The position numbers were made by a program, and so were the translations under genes. From Massalongia carnosa (taxonomy: Eukaryota): DNA of 64,000 nt. Positions 13,088-25,788 of the stretch are shown piece by piece. Under the pieces are notes generated by a model. The model was not told the DNA's origin, searched no databases, and worked only from the letters and a program-made list of their open reading frames with translations. The stretch is taken from assembly GCA_965645245.1 (NCBI GenBank), contig OZ287075.1:1116001-1180000 (forward strand). The letters are read 5' to 3'. The first letter of the stretch is position 1. Every line of letters starts with the position of its first letter.

Positions 13088-15165
13088 CTAGGCAACTGTA
13101 CCGACATTCGTGCATCCCGTATTCAAAGCTCCACTGCCATTAGCAGAGCGGAGGCTCTGACCGTGAATTTGAGCTATTGGCTGAGGGATTTTCGATGGGT
13201 TCTGGGGTAGCGGAACTGGCATAGGGAGCGGATCGTCGTCATATATATCGGGTATATACTCCTCGCTTTGCGTTGCTTGATGGTGCATGGCACCATGATC
13301 CATCGGTTTCGGGTCATATCGTGGCTTCGGGGTTTGGTGCTGCGTTTGGGTGCCAGAATTTGCACTCCTCGCTGTATTTTTTGTCCCTTTCTTGCTTTTC
13401 CTTCCCTTCATTTTGGCCTTTTCAAGAAGCCTTCTCGTTTTTGCGAGGCGCCTACGTTCCCGACGATCTTTGATCTCATACTGACGAATTAAAGCCTCCG
13501 GAGGTGAGCCAAAAATGCTTTCATATTCGCAAAACTCGCATATCCATACATCTTCGTTGCTGGGGGGGTGATGATAGTTATTGTAGTCTTGACGTATACG
13601 TCTTTGTCGAGCCGCCATGGCATATTGCTTGGCGGGCGCACGTCTAGGCTTTCGTCCTTGGCGTGGAACTTGCGGGTTTGCCCCAGGTTGCTGAGATGCA
13701 GAGGGATTTGGCTTGCCTGCCATGTTTGGGCTCGTCTGTGTTCCTTGCGTTGCAAACCCTCGGTGGTTCTGTATTGGCTGAACGGGGGTAGCGGTCGTAG
13801 GGGCTACCGTTTGATAAGGGGTTGAAGGCAAAGGGCTATTTTGGCTAGGCCATATCATGCCCTTTGCAGCTTCTGATTCACAAGTAAAGGTAAACTGGGT
13901 CTTCGCAGAGCTTGTTTTTCTTGCCGACTGTTGCTCAAGCAAACTAACGTTCTCTTGTCCTTTAGATGGCGTCGCTGGCAATGCGGCAGCACTTGCAATG
14001 GCTGCGGATATAATTCCCTGATCTGACAATGGAGCAGTGTCTGCTCCCATAGATTAGCTAGGCATAGAAAACCTTCCAGCAGACCAATTACCCTTACTAC
14101 TAAAGGTTCCGGCAGGTAAGTAGTCTCGTCTTTGAAGAGCTGTTCGACCTGCTTGTAAAGCGTTTGAGCCATTTGTTGACACACCCAAAGGACTTCGACC
14201 GCTAACGGTTCGCCCGCCAACTCGTCCATACCTGCCCCTTCCCGCTCCTGAAATTCCAGTTCCAGTTGATACAGCGGGTATAGCAAAGTTTCCAGTGCCG
14301 TAGTACTGCCCAACACCGCCATCTGGATCAGTTTGTAATGCTTCTATTTCTCTCGATGATGATATGCCCATGTGAGACATTTCGGCAGATAAAGATGAAT
14401 GATGGTTCCCTAGGTTACCAGAAGTTGGGATCTTCCGTTTCTTCTTATTATTCGTATTTTCAAAAGAATCATACCCATCGATAGACTCTATCGATGACGT
14501 CGTTGACTGCGATACTGGCGGTTTTCCATATTTTACAAACTCCGAACGTGAGGTTCCATTAGCAAAATTCCGCGGGACTGAGGACATTGTTTGACGTTGT
14601 TCGTGATAGCGACGTATAATTCCAATCCCATCTTCTTCGTCGCTGTCCACGTCGTTACCTCTGAACTGATAGCCGTTCTTCTTATTCCCACCGCGGAGTT
14701 CTTGTTGAGTTTTCCCCGAGTCCATATGCATATTACCTGCATTTGAGGGCGAACCATCCGTATAAGAAGCTGAATCGTCAAAAGGCAGAGAGAATAGCGG
14801 CTTAGCGATATGAGGAGCGGTGGGATATAGTATTGATTTAGCGATTTCAGGAGATAAGCGAGATCGAAGCCGCCGCTTTGGTAAAGGCCGAATCGGCCTA
14901 TCTGGATATATTGGGGAAGTGATATCGGATAGATGTCCTGTCGGAGAAAGGGGGGGGTATATCGATCCTGCATACGTGAAATGAAGCAACCGAGTCAGCA
15001 AGATATGAAGCCAAGTGAACATTTTAAAATTGGGAGTGTTTCAGACGGCTGTCATTACAGTAGGTAAAGCAGTACGTCAAGTCTGGATGTGCAAAGGTTT
15101 GGAGCATTTGAAGATCAGGGGTTTTAGGCACGCAGGAGCATACCCATCATGACCGCCGTCATCAT
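13088..15165 (-). CDS. Conserved fungal hypothetical protein, low complexity with a C-terminal CxxC motif. Exons ~15165-15144, ~14967-14092, 14040-13088
   Basis: Two long ORFs are joined by intron ~14091-14041 (GTAATT..CTAAT..CAG). Motifs PIYPDRPIRPLPKRRLRSRLS and VWICEFCEYESIFG..PEALIRQYEIKDR. The start exon is inferred. Confidence 0.75.
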
Positions 15166-17784
15166 GCTATGCTACGCTTGCCTGACGCTGCGGGTGGAAT
15201 TAAATGTTTCTTTCTTTCGAATAGTTCTAGGAGTCAACTTTTCGGCGGTAATTAAATCCTGGAAAAGTTCGAGATACGATTGGATGCCTCAGAGCTTCGG
15301 CGCTTCAATTCATCATTATTAGCCACTATATTTGTTTTGCTCAGTATTGCAAGCAGCTTCAACTCAGACTAAGTGGCTAAATAAGAGAAGATTTTTGAGT
15401 ATGCTGTGTTTCTGCTCTGCATTTGACTGTAGAAGGTCTTACCAATACCGCTAAGACAAGCTGAGACCCGGAGTCCGAGACTGTGTCACTTCTTTAAGTG
15501 GGCCAAAGCCTAGCAGACAAATATCTATCTGATTGTCGACTAGGAGTTTCAGCGTTCTCTGTGAAAGAGTTAAGTTCAGGTGCTGTAGAAAGGTCAGTCA
15601 GTAGGTAAAGAATTAGTCGGTCTAAAATGACAGCAGATGAAGATGCATTATCGAATGACGCTAGACATGACCCCTGTCCAGAATCTCGCCTCCTTTTCAC
15701 TCTATTGCCTTTCTTTTCAATCTAGTTACTCTTCACTTAAGAAGTTGAATTCGGAACCTTATCCAAGACATCACTATCTCGTTGTTATTATTCTTGCTCT
15801 TTTCATGCGCGTGGCGTACAATCATTATTGGGTTGTCCTTAGGTTGCTCCACAGTCCGTCAATGCTTTTGCCAGCGCCAAAGGACCATACAAGCTTTGGG
15901 TTACAAGGTACGGATTATAGCAGAAGCACTATATGTGGAGATTTCGTGCGTGAATACTTCGAGACAAACATCGTACTGTTTGCTCTGTTACATCTACTTA
16001 ATGCTTCATTCTTTTCTTGATCTCAGAGACTCGTCAAATCCGGAAGAGGCAGAGACAGGAATGTCCTAGGATTTACGTCTGTTGAACTTATCCTTTTGGA
16101 TATTTAAAAGACTATCGATAGTCCATGTCTTATCATTGTAATGATACTAGCATACCTGAACTTTCTACTCTCTCGCTCCCTATCATCGCGCTACCTTAAT
16201 TCGTTAATCATTCGTCTAGCCATCAGATCGATTAACTGCGTACCTACCTGTTTGCGTTGTTTAGTACGCAATCAATGAGTCGAAATGTGCTTTCGAGCTA
16301 CTTAAAATGAAGGCTAAATGGCAAATCGAACTCTAGGAGCTACGTACGGGTTTTCTATATCTTTGTAACCTTGTCCATGTAAAAGTCCTCTTAAAAACAT
16401 TTTCCACTATTAGAGTGGAAAAAATGTTCTTATTGTTGAGCAAGCAACGCTCTTCTACCAACATATAGCCAGAAGCTGTGAATCGTAACTTCAAATTGGT
16501 TCCCGATTGTTCCATCAGATAATTAGTTTACTAGGCTGCTAATTTAGATGTTGTGGTGACTTGACGTTCTCTCCAAGGAGTTAGGACAGGAGGAGGCAAT
16601 TTATCTGAGCTAGAAACCCTACGTTATTAAAGTGCTTAACAGACCGACTATGAGAACATATACCCCGACTGTGAATGGATGAATGAATGAATACGTTTTG
16701 GATTGGAAGATAAATAGCAGTTAAGTTAGGTATGAAATCCTGCTATCGCTAGGCCTCTATGTTATGCTACTACACACCCTCCCCGGAGGGTGGTAAAGTT
16801 CGAGAAAGCAAGTAGATTTCTCAAATTAATAGTGCAAAATCGACGTTTTATGAAAAGTTTTTTGGATTGATCATTATTTCTGGACGTTTGTTACAGATTC
16901 ATAAAACATAGTTTAATGCAGTTAAAACGTTGAAATCATGTCTCGGGAAACTCCTTTTACCTTCATCGGAGTCTCTCAGGATGACCTTCCCTTCACTTCC
17001 TCGTCATTTTCGTCCCCTTCGTCCTCGTTGACTTTCTAGCTTTTCTGATCCCTCCTAACAAGGTGAGGGAAGAATGGATGAAAGAAGTTTGTAAAGTGCC
17101 GATGCTAAAAGTTCGAAAATTTGATTGGTGGAAAAATATAATTCCGGGGCCGCGGGGTCACCGGGTGTAGCAGCATAAGCTTGTAGCAATAGCAGGATTG
17201 GGTATGTTAAGTAGGTACTCCGTACTCTATTTGTATTCGTTCGACTCCCTGCTGTTTCTTTCTTTCCCAACCACAGTTTATTCATAAGGTGGCATGAGTG
17301 GCTAATTCTTCCGAGCACAACTCTCTTCACCAGTGTCGCGTCGTTATTAAACACTTTCTAGAGAACGCTAAGCCCATTCGGGATTAGCGTCATATAGAGG
17401 CAAAAATGTCGGGGAACCAAAATGCCGATTCCCAAGGTAACTCCCAAAGCGAAATGGAAATGGGCGGAGGTGAGGGAGATCGTGAGCTTCTCCATCCTTT
17501 TCTTTCACTTCTTTCTCTTGACATTACGATTGCCTAAGAAACCCACAGAGCAAATTCGTTTTCTCCTCGTCTTACTCATATTAAAAGGCTATCGATATCT
17601 TCAACTAGGGCCCTCAAGTATTCGCAAAGGGCACCGCACTTGCAGCCGTCAAATCCAGTTCAGATTCTGTTCGCCCGTGAGCCATACAGGTTTGACAATA
17701 CTGGAAATAGAAATGCTAATTGGATTTAATCTGCAAGTATCATTCAGGTACGGTTGCTGAACCTTAGTAAGCTGTCGCCTAGCC

Positions 17785-19964
17785 ATGTCTCCAAGGCGCT
17801 CATCGCGCGCGAGGACGTCGCAGCCACAACCAGCGGCACCGCAGCAGGCCAATTCCTCTACTTCCTCTACTTCCTCAGGCCGCGCTGATCGCAGCGTGCG
17901 CTCTCATCATAAACTACCTTCTCCACAGAGTGGTGCTGCTCCACAGTCAAGATCATCAGAAGAGGTCGATGGCTCCGTAAAGTCTCAATTACGCAGAACA
18001 AGGAGTAGCCAGGATGATGCCAAAGCTGATACCAAGGCCGTGCCTGAGGATGGGGAGGATGAAGAGGGCGAGGAAGAGGTGACAAGATGCATCTGCGGAC
18101 ATCTAGAATACCCTGGAATGCCGGTGCCAATCGGAGACACCCCAAAAGTTAGCTCTAAGGGCAATAGTAACGTGGACCTTCTGAATACATCGCCTGCCCT
18201 ACCAGAAGATGCTGGTGCTCTGTTTATACAATGCGACATTTGTAAGGTATGGCAACATGGTGGATGCGTTGGGATCATGAAAGAAGCCACGAGCCCTGAA
18301 GAATACTTTTGTGAACAATGTCGGAAAGATTTGCATCGGATCACATCAACCGCCAGCGGGTAAGCGCGATAGCTTTTTTTTCAGATACAATGCTAACAAC
18401 TTGAGCAAGGCAAAAATACTCTCGGTATCTTTTGGTCCAAGAATTGGCCTCTTTACCATCGTCTCCATCGCCTGTGCCACAAGACGCATCTCCCACCAAG
18501 CCGAAAGGGAGCCGGTCTTCTCGTACGAATGCAGAAATCATAGCAGGAAAGCGTCGGTCCACAATGAACAGCCGCGATGCGGCTTACGATGAAGCTGAGC
18601 AGCTGCGGCGAGCAATTGAAGAAAGTAAGAAGGAAGGCGAGGCTCCGAGTGCTTCAGTCAGCACCCGAAGAGGAAAACGAAGTCGAAGTGATAGTGAACA
18701 GTACGCTCGTCTCCTTACATTCAGATTTTAATCACCTTGCTTGTTGTCTAAACCACTCCTTCGCGTCATCCAACATCTAAATTTATCAAAAATATTGCTG
18801 ATTACAGAACATGATGATTAGACGCAAGGAAGGTACCAAAAGACAACGGACAAGCTCCAGTTCCTCATCATCTCCCTCGGAAAGCAAAACACTTCCCCTA
18901 AACGCCGACTCAGACGAGGAAGCAGATCAGTCGGCGAAGACTGTGACTGGGAGCCCTAAAAAGCTTCGCGGCGCTGCGGCAAGGAACAGTCGGGATAAGG
19001 AACTCCGTGAACGCGAAGAAAAGCGTGAAAAGGAGCGCGCCGATGCAGCTGGTAGAAGAAAAGGTCGAGCGGAGCGCCGGCGAGGCGATGGTATGCAAGC
19101 CAAGCGTTTCCCTTTCTGAATCCAAATTTCAAGCTAAATCTTATGGTACCAGACTCGGACCCATCAGAAGAATCCCTCTCAGGTGCTACCTCCTCAAAAG
19201 GTGCCGACGGTCCAATGCTCTCATCCATAACTTCTCACCCCCCACCCCCTTCAACCGATCACCCCCTACCCAAACCCTCACATAAGAAAACCGGCCGACC
19301 TCCCGCGCGCCGTGGCCGTGTCGGTCGTAATCAGTACACTAAAGACCGGGACGCCCATCACTCAGATCCGTTACATCCGGATCTAAACACCTCCCCGCAT
19401 CGCGCCCACTCGCAGCCCCGCCACGGGGACAATAAAATTCACCTCCCAAACGGCAGAAGCCTTAGTACTAGTAATGGTCATCCGAGTAATTCCGCCGGCA
19501 ATGGCAATGGCTGGGCCAATGGTAACAACAACCACCATAACCTTTCCGAGAACGGTAAACCTTCCAAGCCTCGGCACATGAACCCTAATCGCACCACCAT
19601 GAACGAGATGAAACGCCGCGTGTCCGGCATTCTCGACTTTATCAGCCGCACCCAGGTCGAGATGGCCACCGCAGCAGCGGGAGCAGGAGCAGCTGGAGGC
19701 GAGGAACCCTTCATCTCCGCCTCCATCTCCAGAACTCGCACGCGGACGCACTCAACTGTCACCACCACCTCCACCGTGGCGGCGCCCGACGGTGGCAAAG
19801 GAGCTAGTTTCCTTGACGGTGCGAACGGTAGCCACGCGAGCGACGGATTCCCAGGGCTGAACCTAGAGACATTCGTTAGCTTGAGTAGCGTGGAGATGAT
19901 GGAGGTGCTGACGAGGGGATTGATGAAGTGGCAGGGGGAGTATGGGAAGGTGGGGGAGAAATGA
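17785..19964 (+). CDS. CTI6: PHD-finger Rpd3L/Cyc8-Tup1-associated protein Cti6. Exons 17785-18359, 18410-18700, 18822-19090, 19153-19964
   Basis: PHD finger TRCICG...FIQCDICKVWQHGGCVG...YFCEQC, plus KRRSTMNSRDAAYDE and TMNEMKRRVSGILDFISRTQVE. All introns are in phase. Confidence 0.85.
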
Positions 19965-20808
19965 GCCTTTTATGTTGCTTTGTTTTTCGTGGCGGGTGGT
20001 TTTGCTCCAACGTCCAATACGCGGGCGCTAGGGAAGGGGGAGACTGCAAAACCTCCAATTTTTCTTTCTCTGTTTGTTCTACGCATTCGATGATGCCGTC
20101 GGGGGGAATGCGAGATTCCAGTTGGAAAAAGCAGGACACAATTTGCACCCTGCCATGCCCCACGCCAGGCAGGCATAGGTCAGCAGGCAGGCACGGTCGG
20201 AGAGACAGCATGTAATTACAAAGCCCTTCCCGTTCCCACAAGCGCCATGCCATGTTTTCTTGCTCCCCTCTACGCAAGAAATGTTATCTAAGTATTTGAT
20301 TCCCTCATAGAGCCAGCCGGGGTCCATTTTTGAGTGACACCCTCAGCACTTTTAAAACTACAGGTGAAGTCATACAGAGTATAGACAGGGATATTCAATT
20401 ACAAAATAGGGAGGGATCTGAACCGAAGCGGTTTCAAAATGGAAGTAATTCTTATGCATTTTCCCCCTTATAGTTTGCATCCGCAAGACAAGGGAGGAAT
20501 ATATTGGGTATCTCAAAATAAGAAGAAAACCCCAAGTATTCGTAGCAAAAGGCCAAAAGCCTGCCATAATGGTTTGGCGGAATCTTACTCACAAGGAACC
20601 TTAACTGGACCTCGCGATTTAGCGTGCGTTCCTGACCTGCCGCCTTTCGTGTTCGTCATTCAATTACCCCCGAGCCCTTCCCCCACCATTGGTCCCCAGC
20701 CAGATTCCCTCATCAGACTCTAAGTTCCCCGTTTCTTTAGTACTAGCCTTTAGACTTGTGCCGGGACAAAAAACCAAACGCCGCAGATTTTCCTGCTAGG
20801 TGTTTCTC

Positions 20809-22087
20809 TTACCTCCACAGGCCATACGGATCAGAACAAAACTTCCATAGCTTGACCGTCCCATCTTCGCTTCCTGTCGCGTACAACTTCCCGTCGGGCG
20901 CGAAACTCATACTCCAAATCGGGCCGTGGTGGCCTTTGTGCACGTCCAGCTCCCTCTCATCGTCAAAATCATATACGCGTACCCAGGTGTCCCCGCTGCC
21001 GCCTGCAACGAACTTACGCGCATCGGCGTGTAGTGCCACAGACGCGATCTCGCAGCGGGTCTTGACCGCTTTGAGCAGCTGACCCGGTTCGGTGCCGGAA
21101 AAGAAATATGCCGTTTTTCCCGCAGCGACGGCCAGGGTTGGGGTGGCGAAGTCGTTAAGCTCGCAGCTGCCCACTGGGCCTTCAAGTTCGTGTTCGGCGA
21201 CGACCGCGCGGGAGCGGAGATCCCACCATCGAATTTTCTTGTCGTCGGAGGCGGTAATAAGAATGTTGGTGTCAGGGCCCCACACGATGGATTTAATAGC
21301 GCCGGTGTAGACGTCTGGGCCGATCTCATGTGAGGATGGAGAGAGAGCGGTGGCGCCATTTGTGTGATCGGGGCTTGTGGGGGATGATGAGGCGCTATTG
21401 CTACTGCTAGAGTTACGGGTGAGGTCGAAGATGCGTAATTTCTTTTCGAAGCCTCCAGTGGCAAGGAGCTGGGGCCGGGGTTGCGCAGGGAACGCGACGG
21501 CTCGGACGATATGACCGTGTTGGAGCGTGTGCAGGCATTCGCCTGAATGGGTATCCCAGACTTTGCTGTTGATTCGGTATTAGCTGATAGATGAAACTCC
21601 AAAAAAGCAACGCACATACGCTGAAAAATCTGCAGATGCAGTTGCTGCTAGAATAGCGTCTGTAGAAAGTCGTGACTGCCAGACAGCTCCTTTGTGTCCT
21701 ATGAACGTCCCAATCCTGTATATATTAGTTTTCTACCCTTAGTAAGTGCTGACAAAATTCACATACCAGTCCCCAGTGATGCCATCTCTAAGCATAGGAT
21801 TGTTGTCTGCAGAACCTCAGAAAGATGCAAATAAAAAAGTGGAGTGGTTTATACCTTTGCAGGCGGAAATCAAGTAGTACTGGTCGTCGTCGACTATGGA
21901 AGAAAAGCTAAGATGGGTGACCGGCCGGGAATGTCCATGGCACGTCAATGGTACCGCCTTGGCGGTATCTGCTTAGAAGAATAATGAAATTAGTGAAATC
22001 TCTCATATATGGATAAGTTTCAGGCTTTCTCGAAGATATTTGATCTGCTAGAAAAGAACACAACCTCTAGGACTCACCAGAAGTCAT
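20809..22087 (-). CDS. STRAP/UNRIP-like WD40 protein, 5 exons
   Basis: Spliced motifs [44 protein letters not shown] and VHKGHHGPIWSMSFAPDGKLYATGSEDGTVKLW. Confidence 0.9.
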
Positions 22088-23799
22088 ACTGAAGAACAAT
22101 CAGTCTGTCAAGGCAGGGAAGGAAATGATAGAAATGAGGGACGTGAAGGTTGGGGAGCGAATCGTGAATATATATCTAAACCAATGTGTTTTAGATCGCT
22201 GTGATTGACCCCAGTTTCGAGAACGTCCCATATGGAAGACCACGCGCTAGGTTTTAATAAGGGTAAAATACAACAACTCGTGTAGCTTCGTTAGTTCGTC
22301 GTAGTGAGTTATCCAATGAGGGATAGATTTTCTGGAAGATTATGTTCTCTTGTACAAGAACTTGATAAGTAAATAGGATTTACTTGAGTAGAGTATAAGA
22401 AAGCGAGAGTGAGTCGATATGTGTAGCAAAGGGAAGGAAAGTGAAGGCGAAGTTACGATTGCACATGCAGATTGGGTGCGATCAAGATTAGGAAGGTTGA
22501 GGGTAGTGACAGAGAAAACCTGTCATGTGACTGGACTTTCCTGCATCAAGACAAGGGTAACTAGTCCCACGGAACGGGATTGAGGCAAGGGTTCGGCGGT
22601 AACAACGGCAACGGCGTTAATTGCGGCTCCCGAGAGAGTTCATCCCACACTTCATCCCATAGCTTAAGTTCCCTTTTTACTTCTCTGACTGTTATTGATT
22701 GTATTGCGTCTCTAAGGAGAGACCAGAAACCGAATTCCTGCCAAGTGGGCTCGGATTACACATGTCCGCAACAGTCCCAATGTTATTCTGTCTCAAGCTC
22801 TCGCTTCCTGGGAGTTTATTCCAGTATCCCACCCGGGATCGCAAAAACGAATCTTAGCCTCTATATCTCGAATGACATGCAATAATAAATCATCTGAAGA
22901 GTGCGCTACCGACATGTCAATCTAGGGTACCTCGAGTGCTGCTATGATATTGGACAAATAAACTCTGCTCGGAATCCATGGACACAGCTCTGTGAACTCG
23001 GTGCAGATGTCTCTGTAGATTTTAATATCCCGTTACCCCATTCTTACCCCAAGGCCTCTCATCAAAGGAGAAATAAATGTGGCTTTAGGATTGTACTAGA
23101 AAGGAGTGACGTATCTTTCATTATCTCTCCGTAAGTATATGAAATAGAGAGCAGATAGTTGATTTAAATTAATCCGCAGACTGACAGTAGGTATTCAATG
23201 GTTCATTTCCAGTGATCCATAATCATATACTGCCTTCTAGAGATGCCATTTCCTTTGGTCGAGTCTCAAAAATGGGTACATTGTTTGTGGACTTCTTTCC
23301 CTCTCCCTACTTTAATAATGGTGTCGCATTAGGGTCAAAAATAATTTCTCCGTGGATAGCACATATGTTAGAAGAATTTCATAAGTGTATTCTTTAAGTC
23401 GCTCCTGTATTTTTTTCTTTAATCCTATTACCTCTAAAAGTTAGATGAATCCTAGCCTAGATAGAGGAGAAGAATGGTGGTTCTACCTATCTCCGGTTTC
23501 AGCAAGTACTGATGCATCCGAAGGAGGAATAAGTACTTCGGTGTGAAAGATTGACAAACTTAGTCATTCCTAATCTGATAACGTTTCTTTAAATGAAAAA
23601 TTTAGGCGATATGTTAGCTTTATATAAGGTATTGCAAAAGAAGTCGATGATGTGGAGGAGTATCAAGTCTGGCCGTCAATGTGAGCTGCTCTGATAGGCA
23701 GAAAAATATCGCTATCCATAATAGGCAAGGTTTTTTGAATGTTGATATTTAAAATATTTGTCAGGTTCATAATTTTAAATAAGCGATACTTTTTCAGAA

Positions 23800-24006
23800 A
23801 GTCCAGTGGCGTAGTGGTTTAGTACTCACCAAGTTCACCATCTGGCCGCATGCTCAGCATGCGTTGGAAGGCAATAATCCCTAAGAGAAAGGTGCTAAAG
23901 GGGTTTTCCTGTACCAGGAGCTATCATCCTGTGATGCTAGTCTGGGAGTTCTTTTTGTCGTTTCAACAACCTCAAAGCAAATGTCAGTGGTTCAAATCCT
24001 GTGTAA
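23800..24006 (+). pseudogene. Degenerate tRNA-like or tRNA-derived relic (A box and B box about 170 nt apart)
   Basis: TGGCGTAGTGG (A box) at ~23807 and GGTTCAAATCC (B box) at ~23989. The acceptor and T stems do not pair well. Confidence 0.35.
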
Positions 24007-25788
24007 GTTGGTTAAGTTGTCCTTTATTTACTTTAAAACAAAAAGCTGACAGCTAATAAAGAAAATTTTCTTCTTTTTTCTTTTAGCTTTCATCAAGACC
24101 TAAAATGCGCAACACTCTATGATCGCCCGCTGTTCTCCTAAAACTACTTTACCCGCAATAATATTGGTTTTTTTGGTGCTCTTTTGTAGGTAGAGAGATC
24201 TTACTTCACCACGATTTTGTTTGCAAGGACATCCGCTTCAAAACTACTATTTTCCTTCATCACTAAAGAATATAGCTAATGATATGGAAGAGCAATTAAT
24301 TGGTATATTCGCCCGAGAGATGTGACATGAGATCAGCAGCCATTGAGAAAGTCGCTTTCAGTTTAAAGTTCTGGTACATCGATTACAACCATTGCTTTGT
24401 TTTTCTAGAAAGCCATTCGTACTACTCAAAAGTCGTGACACCCTTTTTATCCTAGCAGTCCGCAATCCTCCTGACGATATGTTGACTCCCTAAGAGAAGA
24501 AGAAAACGACATTACTCTTATCAAAGAGTATTCGCTTCCAGCTTTTCGAAAGAAACCCCCCCAACCTTAACCATTCTACACTAGCAGGCTTTAGTTCAAC
24601 CCGAACTGTAACTCCAAACTCCAAACTGTATCCAGCTTCAGACTACCCCTAATCTAGCGGCGAGAAAAGGGTATTCGCTGCAACTATGTCCTTGAAATTC
24701 TAAAACTCTGTATATATCTGAGAGTTAGCACAGTACTACATGGATCCTCAATTTGGCTTCCTGTGCACGACCCTAAAAAAGAATGCGAGAAACTGCCTGA
24801 CTTCTTCTGAGCGTACAGCAATCCAGCTGCAATGCGTTGCCGTTTGACTGATGTGGATTTTCTCTTAGAGGTCTTGCTTCTAAGCCTGCGATTATATTTT
24901 GATTTTGCTGAGACGGCCTCTCATTGGAAAAAAAGCCTGTCTCAAGATATGGAGTAAGATATTCTCAGTGATAGATATAAAGAGCCATCAACGCGACGGT
25001 GGGGAACGTTGATTTGGCATATTATGAACTCTTTCGAGTCTTTTGATATAAGCTATAATCTCATAGTATTTAATACTATCTATAGGGCCAATCTAGCTCG
25101 GTATTCAGGTAGCACCGGCAATTTGGCAGACAGAAGCACCTTATCGATGGCGGATTCCTTTCTAGACAAATGAGGATGAAGTCTACATGCAACTATTTCC
25201 TCTTGAGCTGGAAAATTTTTTGCAGAACATACAGGGACGAGTTTTACTAGCTAGACGCTTAATCGCCTAGGCCAGCTCAAAAGCCAAAGCATGCGTCCGT
25301 ATTTCTTAATTCTTTTTAATCATAGACCTTCTCTTCGACAAGAGTGGGGAAGTGGGATGGTGTCCTTCTTGCTAGTTTACTAGTGAACAAGCACCGTGGC
25401 ACGCAGGTGGGAGCTTCTTTATTTGCATCCAGATTAGGGACAATGAGTTTCCCTTACTGCTATGCTAAGCAAACTGAAGCGGTATTTCAGTTAAACTTCT
25501 CTTCCGTATTACAGATTAAGTATAAATATCCCAGTCACGATTTTACGAACTGATAGAGTTCGTACTGTATTACGCTTCAAGAAAAAGATGGAAACCATTG
25601 TCTCTGGCAGCCGATGGTGTCAGATCTATGTACGAGACTTATAAATGTAGTGGTAACTTGGTGTCGAAATGTTGTGACTTCAACTTTGCTTTGATTGCGT
25701 CATGCTGTAGAAAGTGGTTCAGTCTAGTCACTACCAAATACATCAAGAGCTTGTTTGTTATCTGCATTACAGCAGCAAATTATTAGCC

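Noticed and set aside
16775..16795. ACCCTCC-CC-GGAGGGT hairpin as a Helitron 3' end
   Set aside because: The nearest CTAG is too far away and there is no other Helitron evidence.
23830..23840. TTCA read as a selenocysteine or suppressor tRNA anticodon
   Set aside because: No credible anticodon stem-loop or acceptor stem can be formed.
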